From a virus: a DNA stretch of 64,000 nt. The notes beneath the pieces were generated by a model. That model saw only the letters and a program-made list of their open reading frames with translations, was not told the origin of the DNA and searched no databases. The translations under genes were made by a program, and so were the position numbers. Position 1 is the stretch's first letter; each line of letters starts with the position of its first letter. Below are positions 1 to 6,618 of the stretch, in pieces. Location of the stretch: IMG/VR virus record IMGVR_UViG_3300005529_000030, positions 1 through 64,000 of that record; one strand, 5' to 3'.

Positions 1-9
1 TTAAACCGA

Positions 10-85
10 GGTGTGGATGATGTAACGGCAGCATGGCTCTCTGTGAAAGAGTCAGTGTAGGGTTCGATTCCCACTCTTCACCCCA
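10..85 (+). tRNA. tRNA-His(GTG)
   Basis: Cloverleaf, anticodon arm ctct-ctGTGaa-agag, GGTTCGATTCC T-arm, encoded CCA. Confidence 0.85.
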
Positions 86-96
86 AAAAAAAACTG

Positions 97-125
97 TTGA
101 CAAATTTTAAGAGTTGTTGTAGATT
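97..125 (+). promoter_or_regulatory. sigma70-like promoter
   Basis: TTGACA-17 nt-TAGATT. Confidence 0.55.
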
Positions 126-226
126 TTTTATCGAAGAGTTATGCTGGGCGTAGTCGAGGCTACAATTAAAAAAAAAACATGCCCGGTTTAAGCCCGCGCC
201 AGCGGGAAAAAACCCGAAAATAGTTC

Positions 227-256
227 TTGACAAGTTTTCGGGTTGCGTGGTAAAGT
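227..256 (+). promoter_or_regulatory. sigma70-like promoter
   Basis: TTGACA-18 nt-TAAAGT with TGn extended -10. Confidence 0.55.
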
Positions 257-569
257 AAAGCGCAGAGTGAGGGCCGTGAGGTTTTCTACTACTCCTTACC
301 TTCAACCCACGGCCCTCAAGGCTGAAAGGATAAAAAATTGAAAACGTATAAAATTACCTTGACTCAGAAGATAAAGATTGAAGCCGAGGCCGAAACCCCT
401 CAAGCCGCTTTGCAGCAAGCAAAATCTCAGGTTGAGGGCCGCAAGTTCGAGCCTGATAATTACAGCGTTAAGGAAGTTTAAGGCATGGCAGACCGTAAAC
501 AATTCGAGCACGTTCCAACGTCGGACTCGGAGTTGGTTCGCCTTTTGAAGGAAAAGAGTTAAGGGGCCA

Positions 570-800
570 ATGATGATTACGGAATCCGTAGCTGAGCTTG
601 ATTTTGAAGAACGTCAAGAAGCATCGGCGTTAGAGTCGGAAATCATGGATGACCCAGAGAGCGCGGCAGTAGCAATTGTTGCCCTTCGTAAGTACTGCCG
701 TCTTTTGGAAACGGGCCTTGGGGCACATGAGGCACGCGAAAGTGTTTGGGGAGGCCATGCGGAATTATATGGTGGAAGAAAGGCCCGAAGAAAGCTTTAA
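570..800 (+). CDS. hypothetical protein
   Basis: 76 aa ORF with upstream AAGGGG RBS. Confidence 0.55.
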   Translation: MMITESVAELDFEERQEASALESEIMDDPESAAVAIVALRKYCRLLETGLGAHEARESVWGGHAELYGGRKARRKL

Positions 801-870
801 GCAGTCGCCCGTATTCGGCTTGCTGCATGAAGCGGGCCATTCTAGATTCTCAGAAAGTCAAAGTTTCTGT

Positions 871-944
871 CCCTGTTTGGTGTAGTGGCCGCACCCCTGT
901 CTGAAGAACAGGTAGTCGTGGTTCGATTCCACGGATAGGGGCCA
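871..944 (+). tRNA. tRNA-Phe(GAA)
   Basis: cctgt-ctGAAga-acagg anticodon arm, TTCGATT loop, CCA. Confidence 0.85.
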
Positions 945-945
945 T

Positions 946-1032
946 GCTTTTGTGGTGGAACAGGCAGACGCGCCGCACTCAAAACGCGGTGGGCACAGTC
1001 CCGTGGGGGTTCGATTCCCTCCAAAGGCACCA
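946..1032 (+). tRNA. tRNA-Leu(CAA)
   Basis: ctCAAaa loop, long variable arm, CCA. Confidence 0.9.
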
Positions 1033-1038
1033 AATTTT

Positions 1039-1126
1039 GCGCTGCTGGCGGAACAGGCAGACGCAGGAGACTTAAAATCTTCGGCCTTAAAACGGCGTGG
1101 GAGTTCGATTCTCTCGCAGCGCACCA
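1039..1126 (+). tRNA. tRNA-Leu(TAA)
   Basis: ctTAAaa loop, long variable arm, CCA. Confidence 0.9.
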
Positions 1127-1147
1127 ATTCGATTATCAAGAGGCAAT

Positions 1148-1333
1148 ATGCCGCATTACAATATACCCAGGCAAATGAGGTCGGGTAAGTTGCCCGAATC
1201 GGACAGGCACACTTTAACTCCGAAGTATTTATTGGGCCATGAAAATAGATTTGACCCAAATGTTTTTACGCCGGAGCAGATGATTCAGAAAGGAATTTTG
1301 CGCGGTAAGCCCGCTCCTGTACAGCAAATTTAA
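1148..1333 (+). CDS. small hypothetical protein
   Basis: ATG at 1148 after AAGAGG RBS, fills gap between tRNAs. Confidence 0.45.
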   Translation: MPHYNIPRQMRSGKLPESDRHTLTPKYLLGHENRFDPNVFTPEQMIQKGILRGKPAPVQQI

Positions 1334-1337
1334 GTTT

Positions 1338-1426
1338 ACTCGATAGCGGCGGTCCGCAGCACGCTCTTATAAAGCGTCGGGGCAGATTACCCTTGCTGGA
1401 AGGTTCGATTCCTTCATCGAGTACCA
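1338..1426 (+). tRNA. atypical tRNA, anticodon TAT (Ile), long variable arm
   Basis: Acceptor ACTCGAT/ATCGAGT, acgct-ctTATaa-agcgt, gaagg-TTCGATT-ccttc, ACCA; 4-nt D-loop; ~20-nt variable region. Confidence 0.8.
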
Positions 1427-1477
1427 ATTTTGTGTGATAGAAGGAACAAACGGAGAGTTGTTCCCAACAAAATTTTT

Positions 1478-1552
1478 AGTCCGCAGGTGTTATGACGGCA
1501 TTACTCCCTCTTAAGGAGATAGGTGACGGTTTGAATCCGTCGCGGACTACCA
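1478..1552 (+). tRNA. tRNA-Lys(CTT)
   Basis: ctcc-ctCTTaa-ggag, AGTCCGC/GCGGACT acceptor, T-loop TTTGAAT variant, CCA. Confidence 0.8.
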
Positions 1553-1558
1553 ATTTTT

Positions 1559-1638
1559 CGCCTTGTAGCTCAATTGGTAAGAGCACACGCCTTTTAAGCG
1601 TCGGGGTTGGAAGTATCCAAATCTTCCCAGGGCGACCA
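1559..1638 (+). tRNA. tRNA-Lys(TTT), enlarged T-loop
   Basis: TAGCTCAATTGGT D-arm, ctTTTaa loop, T-arm ggaag-TATCCAAAT-cttcc, CCA. Confidence 0.75.
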
Positions 1639-1709
1639 AATTTTAAGCGCGAGCCGTTATATTCCGAATGGAACTTTGGTTTATAAAATTTACGTAAAGC
1701 AAGTTTAAT

Positions 1710-1801
1710 GGAGAGGTTGGGGCAACAGGTCGCCCTACCGGGCTGTAACCCCCGGCATCCCAATGTGGATACTGTAGGTTCGAATCCTGCCTTCTCCACC
1801 A
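1710..1801 (+). tRNA. tRNA-Tyr(GTA)
   Basis: ctGTAac loop, long variable arm, GGTTCGAATCC, CCA. Confidence 0.85.
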
Positions 1802-1856
1802 ATTTGTTTCGCAGTCATTTTTAAAAAGTCCCCTTTACAAAAGGGCTGAGGGAAAC

Positions 1857-2171
1857 ATGTTAAATGCTAAAATAGCGTGGGATTGGACCGCATCCGACCC
1901 GCAAATTGTTTTTGACCATTTTGAAGTTTGGGATGCGGATTTGTCAAATAATGTTGTAGGAACAGCGCCGAGACCTGACGGAGCGGACGTAAAAACTACT
2001 CCTACCGATGCCGCGCCGTTGGTTCTTCAATACGCGAACCCAGGCGGTAAGGCGGTCGCTATTTATGCGGTTGATAATCTGGCTCAGAAATCAAGTCCGG
2101 TGTTTTTGACTTTTACGCTGACACAGCCAGTCCCAAACCCTGTAACCAACGCCCGTTTCCTTGGCCAGTAA
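1857..2171 (+). CDS. small FN3/Ig-like beta-sandwich protein (possible virion decoration)
   Basis: W-x-W-T-A-S...F-E-V-W...A-V-D-N-x-x-Q-K-S-S-P pattern typical of fibronectin type III; GAGGG RBS. Confidence 0.6.
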   Translation: MLNAKIAWDWTASDPQIVFDHFEVWDADLSNNVVGTAPRPDGADVKTTPTDAAPLVLQYANPGGKAVAIYAVDNLAQKSSPVFLTFTLTQPVPNPVTNARFLGQ

Positions 2172-2300
2172 TATTCTGGCGTTGGGTTTGCTTGATTAAA
2201 TATTTTTTGAGAAAGTTAGTGTGCAGACCGCGCAGCGCCCGTTGAGAGGAAGTCGTTCAATTAGTCCGAGGCGTAAAAAGTATCGGCTTGAATTTTTCGT

Positions 2301-2374
2301 ACTCCGCTGATGTAGTGGTAGCATGGATGCCTGATTAGCGTCTCGTCAAGGTTCGAGTCCTTGGTGGAGTACCA
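2301..2374 (+). tRNA. tRNA-Ile(GAT)
   Basis: gatgc-ctGATta-gcgtc, GGTTCGAGTCC, CCA. Confidence 0.85.
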
Positions 2375-2483
2375 AGTTTGGGATTACACTCAGGAATACA
2401 AACGGGCGTATTCTTGTGTTAGGTGTGGAGAGTCCGAATCTTGTTGTTTGGGACTCAAGCTTATTATAGAGGAGATTCATTTT

Positions 2484-2559
2484 GGGCGAGTAGCTCATTC
2501 AGGAGAGCGCCGCACTTGCAATGCGGAGGCGGCAGGGGCAGAGCCTGTTTCGTCCACCA
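2484..2559 (+). tRNA. tRNA-Ala(TGC), non-canonical T-loop
   Basis: ccgca-ctTGCaa-tgcgg, G3:U70 pair, T-loop GGCAGAG, CCA. Confidence 0.8.
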
Positions 2560-2560
2560 T

Positions 2561-2636
2561 ACGCTGTTAGCAAACTGGTAGTATGCGCTGGTCCTACAAA
2601 CCAGAAGGAATGGTTCGATTCCATTACGGCGTACCA
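2561..2636 (+). tRNA. tRNA-Val(TAC), C33 variant
   Basis: ctggt-ccTACaa-accag, TTCGATT, CCA. Confidence 0.75.
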
Positions 2637-2638
2637 AA

Positions 2639-2713
2639 AGGCTGTTCGTTTAGAGGAAAAGACAGCGGACTACGAATCCGCAGACGCGGGTCCGACTCCC
2701 GCACGGCCTTCCA
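2639..2713 (+). tRNA. tRNA-Arg(ACG)
   Basis: gcgga-ctACGaa-tccgc, T-loop TCCGACT, CCA. Confidence 0.8.
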
Positions 2714-2720
2714 ATTTTTA

Positions 2721-2795
2721 GGACTGTTAGGCTAACGGATAAACCAATGCGCTTCGAACGCATAATTAAGGGTTCAAATCCCTTGCGGTCCTCCA
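2721..2795 (+). tRNA. tRNA-Arg(TCG)
   Basis: atgcg-ctTCGaa-cgcat, TTCAAAT, CCA. Confidence 0.85.
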
Positions 2796-2899
2796 ATAGT
2801 TATAATGCAGCAGTGCAGAGAAATAGCAAGTGCCGTAGTTATGAGATACTTCTTCTAGTGTGAAAAAAGACTTATAACGCTTGTTGCCTTGCTTTTTAT

Positions 2900-2976
2900 T
2901 CCAGTCTGGTCCAATTTGGCAGGACGCTTGGCTGTTAACCATGAAGGTCTGGGTTCGAGTCCCAGGGCTGGAGCCA
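2900..2976 (+). tRNA. tRNA-Asn(GTT)
   Basis: ctGTTaa loop, TCC/GGA-GCCA ends typical of Asn. Confidence 0.85.
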
Positions 2977-3009
2977 AATTTTGAAATTTTTAAAGTGTCG
3001 TAAAATAAT

Positions 3010-3084
3010 GCACGATTAGTTTAATTGGTAGAATGGCCGTTTTGTAAACGGCGGGAGTTGGTTCAAATCCAACATTGTGCTCCA
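3010..3084 (+). tRNA. tRNA-Thr(TGT)
   Basis: gccgt-ttTGTaa-acggc, CCA. Confidence 0.85.
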
Positions 3085-3096
3085 ATTTTTAAGTTT

Positions 3097-3170
3097 GCTT
3101 TGTTGGTCTAGTGGCATGACAGCGGTTTCGTAAACCGCGAGCCGTGGTTCGATTCCACGACGAAGCTCCA
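3097..3170 (+). tRNA. tRNA-Thr(CGT)
   Basis: gcggt-ttCGTaa-accgc, CCA. Confidence 0.85.
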
Positions 3171-3189
3171 AAAATCGCTAAGTTTTTAG

Positions 3190-3218
3190 TTGACAAAATA
3201 AAAGTTTCATGGTACGCT
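3190..3218 (+). promoter_or_regulatory. sigma70-like promoter internal to tRNA array
   Basis: TTGACA-17 nt-TACGCT with TGn; -10 overlaps start of next tRNA. Confidence 0.45.
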
Positions 3219-3289
3219 TTGTTAGTTCAATGGTAGAACGCGCCCTTGGTAAGGGTGAAGTGAAAGTTCGATTCTTTCACGAAGCTCCA
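3216..3289 (+). tRNA. tRNA-Thr(GGT)
   Basis: cgccc-ttGGTaa-gggtg, CCA. Confidence 0.85.
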
Positions 3290-3291
3290 AC

Positions 3292-3366
3292 GGTGCTAGG
3301 GTCAGTTGGTAACGACACGGCCCTGTCACGGCTGAAGTCTGGGTTCGATTCCCAGTAGCACCGCCA
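3292..3366 (+). tRNA. tRNA-Asp(GTC)
   Basis: cggcc-ctGTCac-ggctg, GCCA end. Confidence 0.85.
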
Positions 3367-3367
3367 A

Positions 3368-3441
3368 GGCCCTGTCGTCTAAAGGCAGGACATTAGATTC
3401 TCAATCTAAGAACAGCGGGTCAGTACCGCTCAGGGTCACCA
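3368..3441 (+). tRNA. tRNA-Glu(CTC), non-canonical T-loop
   Basis: ttaga-ttCTCaa-tctaa, T-arm agcgg-GTCAGTA-ccgct, CCA. Confidence 0.8.
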
Positions 3442-3451
3442 ATTGGATAAT

Positions 3452-3526
3452 GGCGAAGTCGTCTAATGGCCAGGACATCAGCCTTTCAAGCTGAGAACGA
3501 GGGTTCGACTCCCTTCTACGCCTCCA
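3452..3526 (+). tRNA. tRNA-Glu(TTC)
   Basis: tcagc-ctTTCaa-gctga, CCA. Confidence 0.85.
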
Positions 3527-3530
3527 TTTT

Positions 3531-3617
3531 GCGTCTGTGGATGGAATTGGGCAGACACGCCAGTCTTAGAAACTGGTGCCTTCGGGCGTACAGGTTCGAG
3601 TCCTGTCAGGCGCACCA
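3531..3617 (+). tRNA. tRNA-Leu(TAG)
   Basis: ccagt-ctTAGaa-actgg, variable arm gccTTCGggc, CCA. Confidence 0.9.
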
Positions 3618-3629
3618 AATTTATGATTT

Positions 3630-3704
3630 CGTTCGGAAGCTAATCGGCTAGGCGGCGTTCTCATAAAGCGTGCATGGTTGGTTCGATTCCAACCCGAACG
3701 ACCA
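3630..3704 (+). tRNA. tRNA with CAT anticodon (Met or Ile2)
   Basis: ctCATaa loop, CGTTCGG/CCGAACG acceptor, CCA. Confidence 0.8.
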
Positions 3705-3709
3705 ATTGA

Positions 3710-3792
3710 AGCGGGGATGTGCTCCGGGTGCACACAAGACTCATAACCTTGTGGCTTGTCCAAAGTGGGTTCGATTCCCTCCCCCGCAACCA
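3710..3792 (+). tRNA. tRNA-Met(CAT), initiator-like acceptor, extended variable region
   Basis: GCGGGG/CCCCGC with 1:72 mismatch as in fMet tRNAs; ctCATaa loop; variable tgg-cttgt-cca. Confidence 0.7.
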
Positions 3793-3798
3793 ATTTTA

Positions 3799-3872
3799 GC
3801 GAAGTTAGTTTAGTGGCAGAACAAAACCTTGCCAAGGTTTGAGTACGATTTCGATTATCGTACTTCGCTCCA
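3799..3872 (+). tRNA. tRNA-Gly(GCC)
   Basis: aaacc-ttGCCaa-ggttt, GCG/CGC-TCCA. Confidence 0.85.
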
Positions 3873-3919
3873 TTTTTGTAGTATATGAGTATTCATTAGA
3901 TTTAACCGTGAGGTCTCTG

Positions 3920-4273
3920 ATGAGTCGTTCATATAGAAAGCCGTATGCTAGTTTTGTTTGCGGCTCCAATAGTGCTCGTTGGGATAAAACACAAGCAGCG
4001 AGAGCCGTTCGTCGCACTCAAAACCAAGCCATTAAGAAAGTTTTATCGAGTGGCGATTGGGACGAGTTTTTGATTCCCGACAGGTATGAGTGCAGTCATA
4101 ACGATGTTTGGGATTGGAGCCGCGATGGAAAGCAAGTTTACATGGCCAAGGATTCACAGTATAATAATCCTTTTGCTTATGTGAATTATGGGGATTTTGA
4201 GTTCGCTGTAAACTGTATGTTGGAAAGACAGAAACATACCGACAATTGGATTGCTAGGCTTTCAAGAAAATAA
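3920..4273 (+). CDS. hypothetical basic phage protein (MSRSYRKP...)
   Basis: ATG 3920 after GAGGT RBS; 117 aa. Confidence 0.65.
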   Translation: MSRSYRKPYASFVCGSNSARWDKTQAARAVRRTQNQAIKKVLSSGDWDEFLIPDRYECSHNDVWDWSRDGKQVYMAKDSQYNNPFAYVNYGDFEFAVNCMLERQKHTDNWIARLSRK

Positions 4274-4385
4274 TTTTTCGAGTCGCCAATCGCTGACTTT
4301 GTTACAATGTCGTCGAACGCTGACTTTCTACGTCGCTATTTTTTGTCTGGAAAAGGAACGTGCCGACAAGAAAATAATTTTTCGA

Positions 4386-4460
4386 GCGGGCGTGGTATAA
4401 AGGTTGTGCCTCAGCCTTCCAAGCTGAAGAAGACGGGTTCGAGTCCCGCCGACCGCTCCA
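4386..4460 (+). tRNA. tRNA-Gly(TCC)
   Basis: tcagc-ctTCCaa-gctga, TCCA. Confidence 0.9.
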
Positions 4461-4470
4461 AGTTTAACGC

Positions 4471-4546
4471 GAGTCATAGGTGTTAGTGGCAGCATATCGG
4501 TCTCCAAAACCGTAGGGTGGGGGTTCAAGTCCCTCATGTCTCGCCA
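4471..4546 (+). tRNA. tRNA-Trp(CCA)
   Basis: cggt-ctCCAaa-accg, GCCA. Confidence 0.85.
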
Positions 4547-4558
4547 AAAAGTTTTTAA

Positions 4559-4633
4559 GGCTCTGTCGTTCAACGGACAGGACCGCTGACTTCTAATCAG
4601 CGTATGCGAGTTCGATTCTCGCCGGGGCCTCCA
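4559..4633 (+). tRNA. tRNA-Arg(TCT)
   Basis: gctga-ctTCTaa-tcagc, CCA. Confidence 0.85.
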
Positions 4634-4709
4634 CGATTTGTCGTTTAATCGGATAAGACAGAAGTTTCCTAAACTTCTTATGCGGGTTCGAGTCCCGCCG
4701 AGTCGTCCA
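4634..4709 (+). tRNA. tRNA-Arg(CCT)
   Basis: gaagt-ttCCTaa-acttc; abuts previous tRNA with no spacer. Confidence 0.85.
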
Positions 4710-4725
4710 AAATCGAGGCACAAAT

Positions 4726-5067
4726 ATGAGGCCGTTAAAAGTAATGCTTTGTGCTCTCGTGTCTATCGTGAGTTATATATTAGGTGGTTTATTAAACGTT
4801 GCCGCCATATCGGCAAACAACGGTATGATGCCCGTTTATGTAGGAAAATTGACGAATCAAGAAATTTTTCTTGACAATGAGCACGTTTCAATGGCAACAT
4901 ACAGTCATTTGAAGATTTTATGTGACTATATTTCAATCGGAGATACGATAGCAAGTCCCGGAGACGTTTTATTGGTTTTAGGATTCTTGGGACTGATTGT
5001 TTCTTTTCTTGTGGCTACATATCTTATTGGAAAAGCCGTAAAGAATAAATTGAATTTGGTGAACTAG
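4726..5067 (+). CDS. DUF5317-like membrane protein
   Basis: Hydrophobic helices; N-x-G-x-MPV and L-x-D...S-P-G-D motifs. Confidence 0.65.
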   Translation: MRPLKVMLCALVSIVSYILGGLLNVAAISANNGMMPVYVGKLTNQEIFLDNEHVSMATYSHLKILCDYISIGDTIASPGDVLLVLGFLGLIVSFLVATYLIGKAVKNKLNLVN

Positions 5068-5384
5068 GCTATCGCGGAACGGTGGCTCCCTCAAACCGTA
5101 AGGTGTCGTCAAGGCGTACCTTGAGCATCGTATTACAGGGGGCGAAATTCCGAGGAAGTTCAGGACACATCTCAACATCAGACCGTGGAAGTTGCGGGCC
5201 GAGTAATTGGACGGGTAAGCCTCGATATTCTAATTATTGGCGGATAGTTAGAATCATTGGAGTCGAGAAACTCCCTCTGAGTGCAATGCCAAATAGGGCG
5301 GGAGTGAGTTGAGCACGCAGAACGCCGGGTAGGCAGCTTAGATGGATGATGGCCGTTATACAGAATCCTGGCTATTGTTCACCA
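5057..5384 (+). ncRNA. rnpB: RNase P RNA (bacterial type A-like), phage-encoded
   Basis: P1 ggtgaac/gttcacc; CR-I GAGGAAGTTCAGG; GTGCAA..CCAAATAGG; CCGGGTAGGCAGCTT; AGATGGATGAT; CR-V ACAGAATCCTGGCTA. Confidence 0.85.
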
Positions 5385-5392
5385 CATTATAC

Positions 5393-5479
5393 GGAGTGCT
5401 GGCGAAATTGGTAGCCGCACTTGTTTGCTAAACAAGCGACCGAAAGGTTGTGGAGGTTCAAATCCTTCGCACTCCGCCA
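5393..5479 (+). tRNA. tRNA-Ser(GCT)
   Basis: cttgt-ttGCTaa-acaag, long variable arm, GCCA. Confidence 0.9.
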
Positions 5480-5484
5480 ATTTT

Positions 5485-5570
5485 AGAGGGTAGCGGGAGA
5501 TGGTTCCCAACTAGTCTTGAAAACTAGGCTAACCGAAAGGTTAATCGTTCGACTCGGTTATCCTCTGCCA
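5485..5570 (+). tRNA. tRNA-Ser(TGA)
   Basis: ctagt-ctTGAaa-actag, long variable arm, GCCA. Confidence 0.85.
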
Positions 5571-5576
5571 TTTTAT

Positions 5577-5625
5577 AGTGTCACATATTTTACCATAAGC
5601 GTTTTACAGTGAAATATGTGACACT
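5577..5625. repeat. 14-bp perfect inverted repeat
   Basis: AGTGTCACATATTT-21 nt-AAATATGTGACACT between tRNA-Ser and tRNA-Cys. Confidence 0.8.
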
Positions 5626-5628
5626 TAA

Positions 5629-5704
5629 GCACGAGTAGCCAAGTGGCAAGGCATTCGTCTGCAAAACGAATATACGAAGGGTTCGATTCCCTCCTTGTGC
5701 TCCA
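5629..5704 (+). tRNA. tRNA-Cys(GCA)
   Basis: ttcgt-ctGCAaa-acgaa, U73 (TCCA). Confidence 0.9.
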
Positions 5705-5706
5705 AT

Positions 5707-5781
5707 TGCTTTGTCGAATAATTGGCAATTCGCAAGTCTTTGAAACTTGTTATTCAGGTTCGAGTCCTGACGAAGCAACCA
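5707..5781 (+). tRNA. tRNA-Gln(TTG)
   Basis: caagt-ctTTGaa-acttg, CCA. Confidence 0.85.
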
Positions 5782-5797
5782 AATTTTGAAATTTTAT

Positions 5798-5872
5798 TGC
5801 GATGTCATTCAATTGGTAGGATGCTAGTCTCTGAAACTAGTCATCTTGGTTCGAGTCCAAGCGCCGCAACCA
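5798..5872 (+). tRNA. tRNA-Gln(CTG)
   Basis: ctagt-ctCTGaa-actag, CCA. Confidence 0.85.
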
Positions 5873-5890
5873 TATTTGAGTTTTAAGCAG

Positions 5891-6097
5891 ATGAACATAT
5901 CAAAACAAGCATCAATGGGAAAGTATCTTTCTCATGGCGAGGATTTTCTTCATTTGATAAATAGGAATGGAGAAATACTTTTCTCAATTGATGGAAAAGG
6001 CACAGTACACACTCCAAGAATTACGTTTTTTGACGGAACTACTCAAATATCGGCGGCTGCCATAACCGAAACTTCAATTGATGCGGGTACTTTTTAA
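5891..6097 (+). CDS. small virion/fibre-associated protein
   Basis: ITFFDGTTQISAA and IDAGTF fibre-type motifs; stop overlaps next start. Confidence 0.5.
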   Translation: MNISKQASMGKYLSHGEDFLHLINRNGEILFSIDGKGTVHTPRITFFDGTTQISAAAITETSIDAGTF

Positions 6098-6618
6098 TGA
6101 GTCTTAATGTATCTATTCAGCTTTATCGAGGAACGAAATCTAGTTTGTCAACTTTGCCGTCCACGGGTTTTGCGGGTGTACTTGCGTGGACAACAGACAC
6201 TAATGAAATTTATGTTGATACTGGAAGCGGAACTGGAATACCTGCCGCTTGGTCTAGATTAGCCAATGATGTAAAAGTTTTTACGGCAGCCGACCAAACA
6301 TCTAGGTTGGCGCTAACTGGTGTTCTTATCGGAGATTTGTGTTTACAAGCCGATAACAATCGTACATACATTTTAACTGACGAGCCAGCGTCGAATAATG
6401 TAAATTGGACAGCCATAGGAGTTACATCGGGAACGACTATTCAGGGTTTATCGGCACCTGTAACTCATCAGTTTGTGACATATATTGATAATAACGGTGT
6501 TCAGCATTTAGCACAACCTTCATTTGCTGATATTTCAGGCTTACTCGCTCAAACTCAATTACCGACTTCGATTGGAGCAGGCTCAAGCCTAACGAATATA
6601 GATTGCGGTAGCTTCTAA
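6097..6618 (+). CDS. tail fibre-like protein with Mtd/hyaluronidase N-terminal-type domain
   Basis: IQLYRGT...G-x-LAWTTDTNEIYV; C-terminal IDCGSF. Confidence 0.65.
   Translation: MSLNVSIQLYRGTKSSLSTLPSTGFAGVLAWTTDTNEIYVDTGSGTGIPAAWSRLANDVKVFTAADQTSRLALTGVLIGDLCLQADNNRTYILTDEPASNNVNWTAIGVTSGTTIQGLSAPVTHQFVTYIDNNGVQHLAQPSFADISGLLAQTQLPTSIGAGSSLTNIDCGSF

Noticed and set aside
2591-2600. Amber suppressor tRNA (CTA in loop) implying stop-codon recoding
   Set aside because: 7-nt loop register gives TAC (Val); TAG serves as a normal stop (capsid gene) and genes read intact in code 11
3905-3955. Hammerhead ribozyme (CTGATGA...GAAA)
   Set aside because: Stem II does not pair; the ATG is the start codon of the 3920 ORF
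842-5780. Many ORF-track entries on both strands in the tRNA array
   Set aside because: They are translations of tRNA/RNase P sequences (e.g. GIEP/GFEP antisense T-arm signatures)
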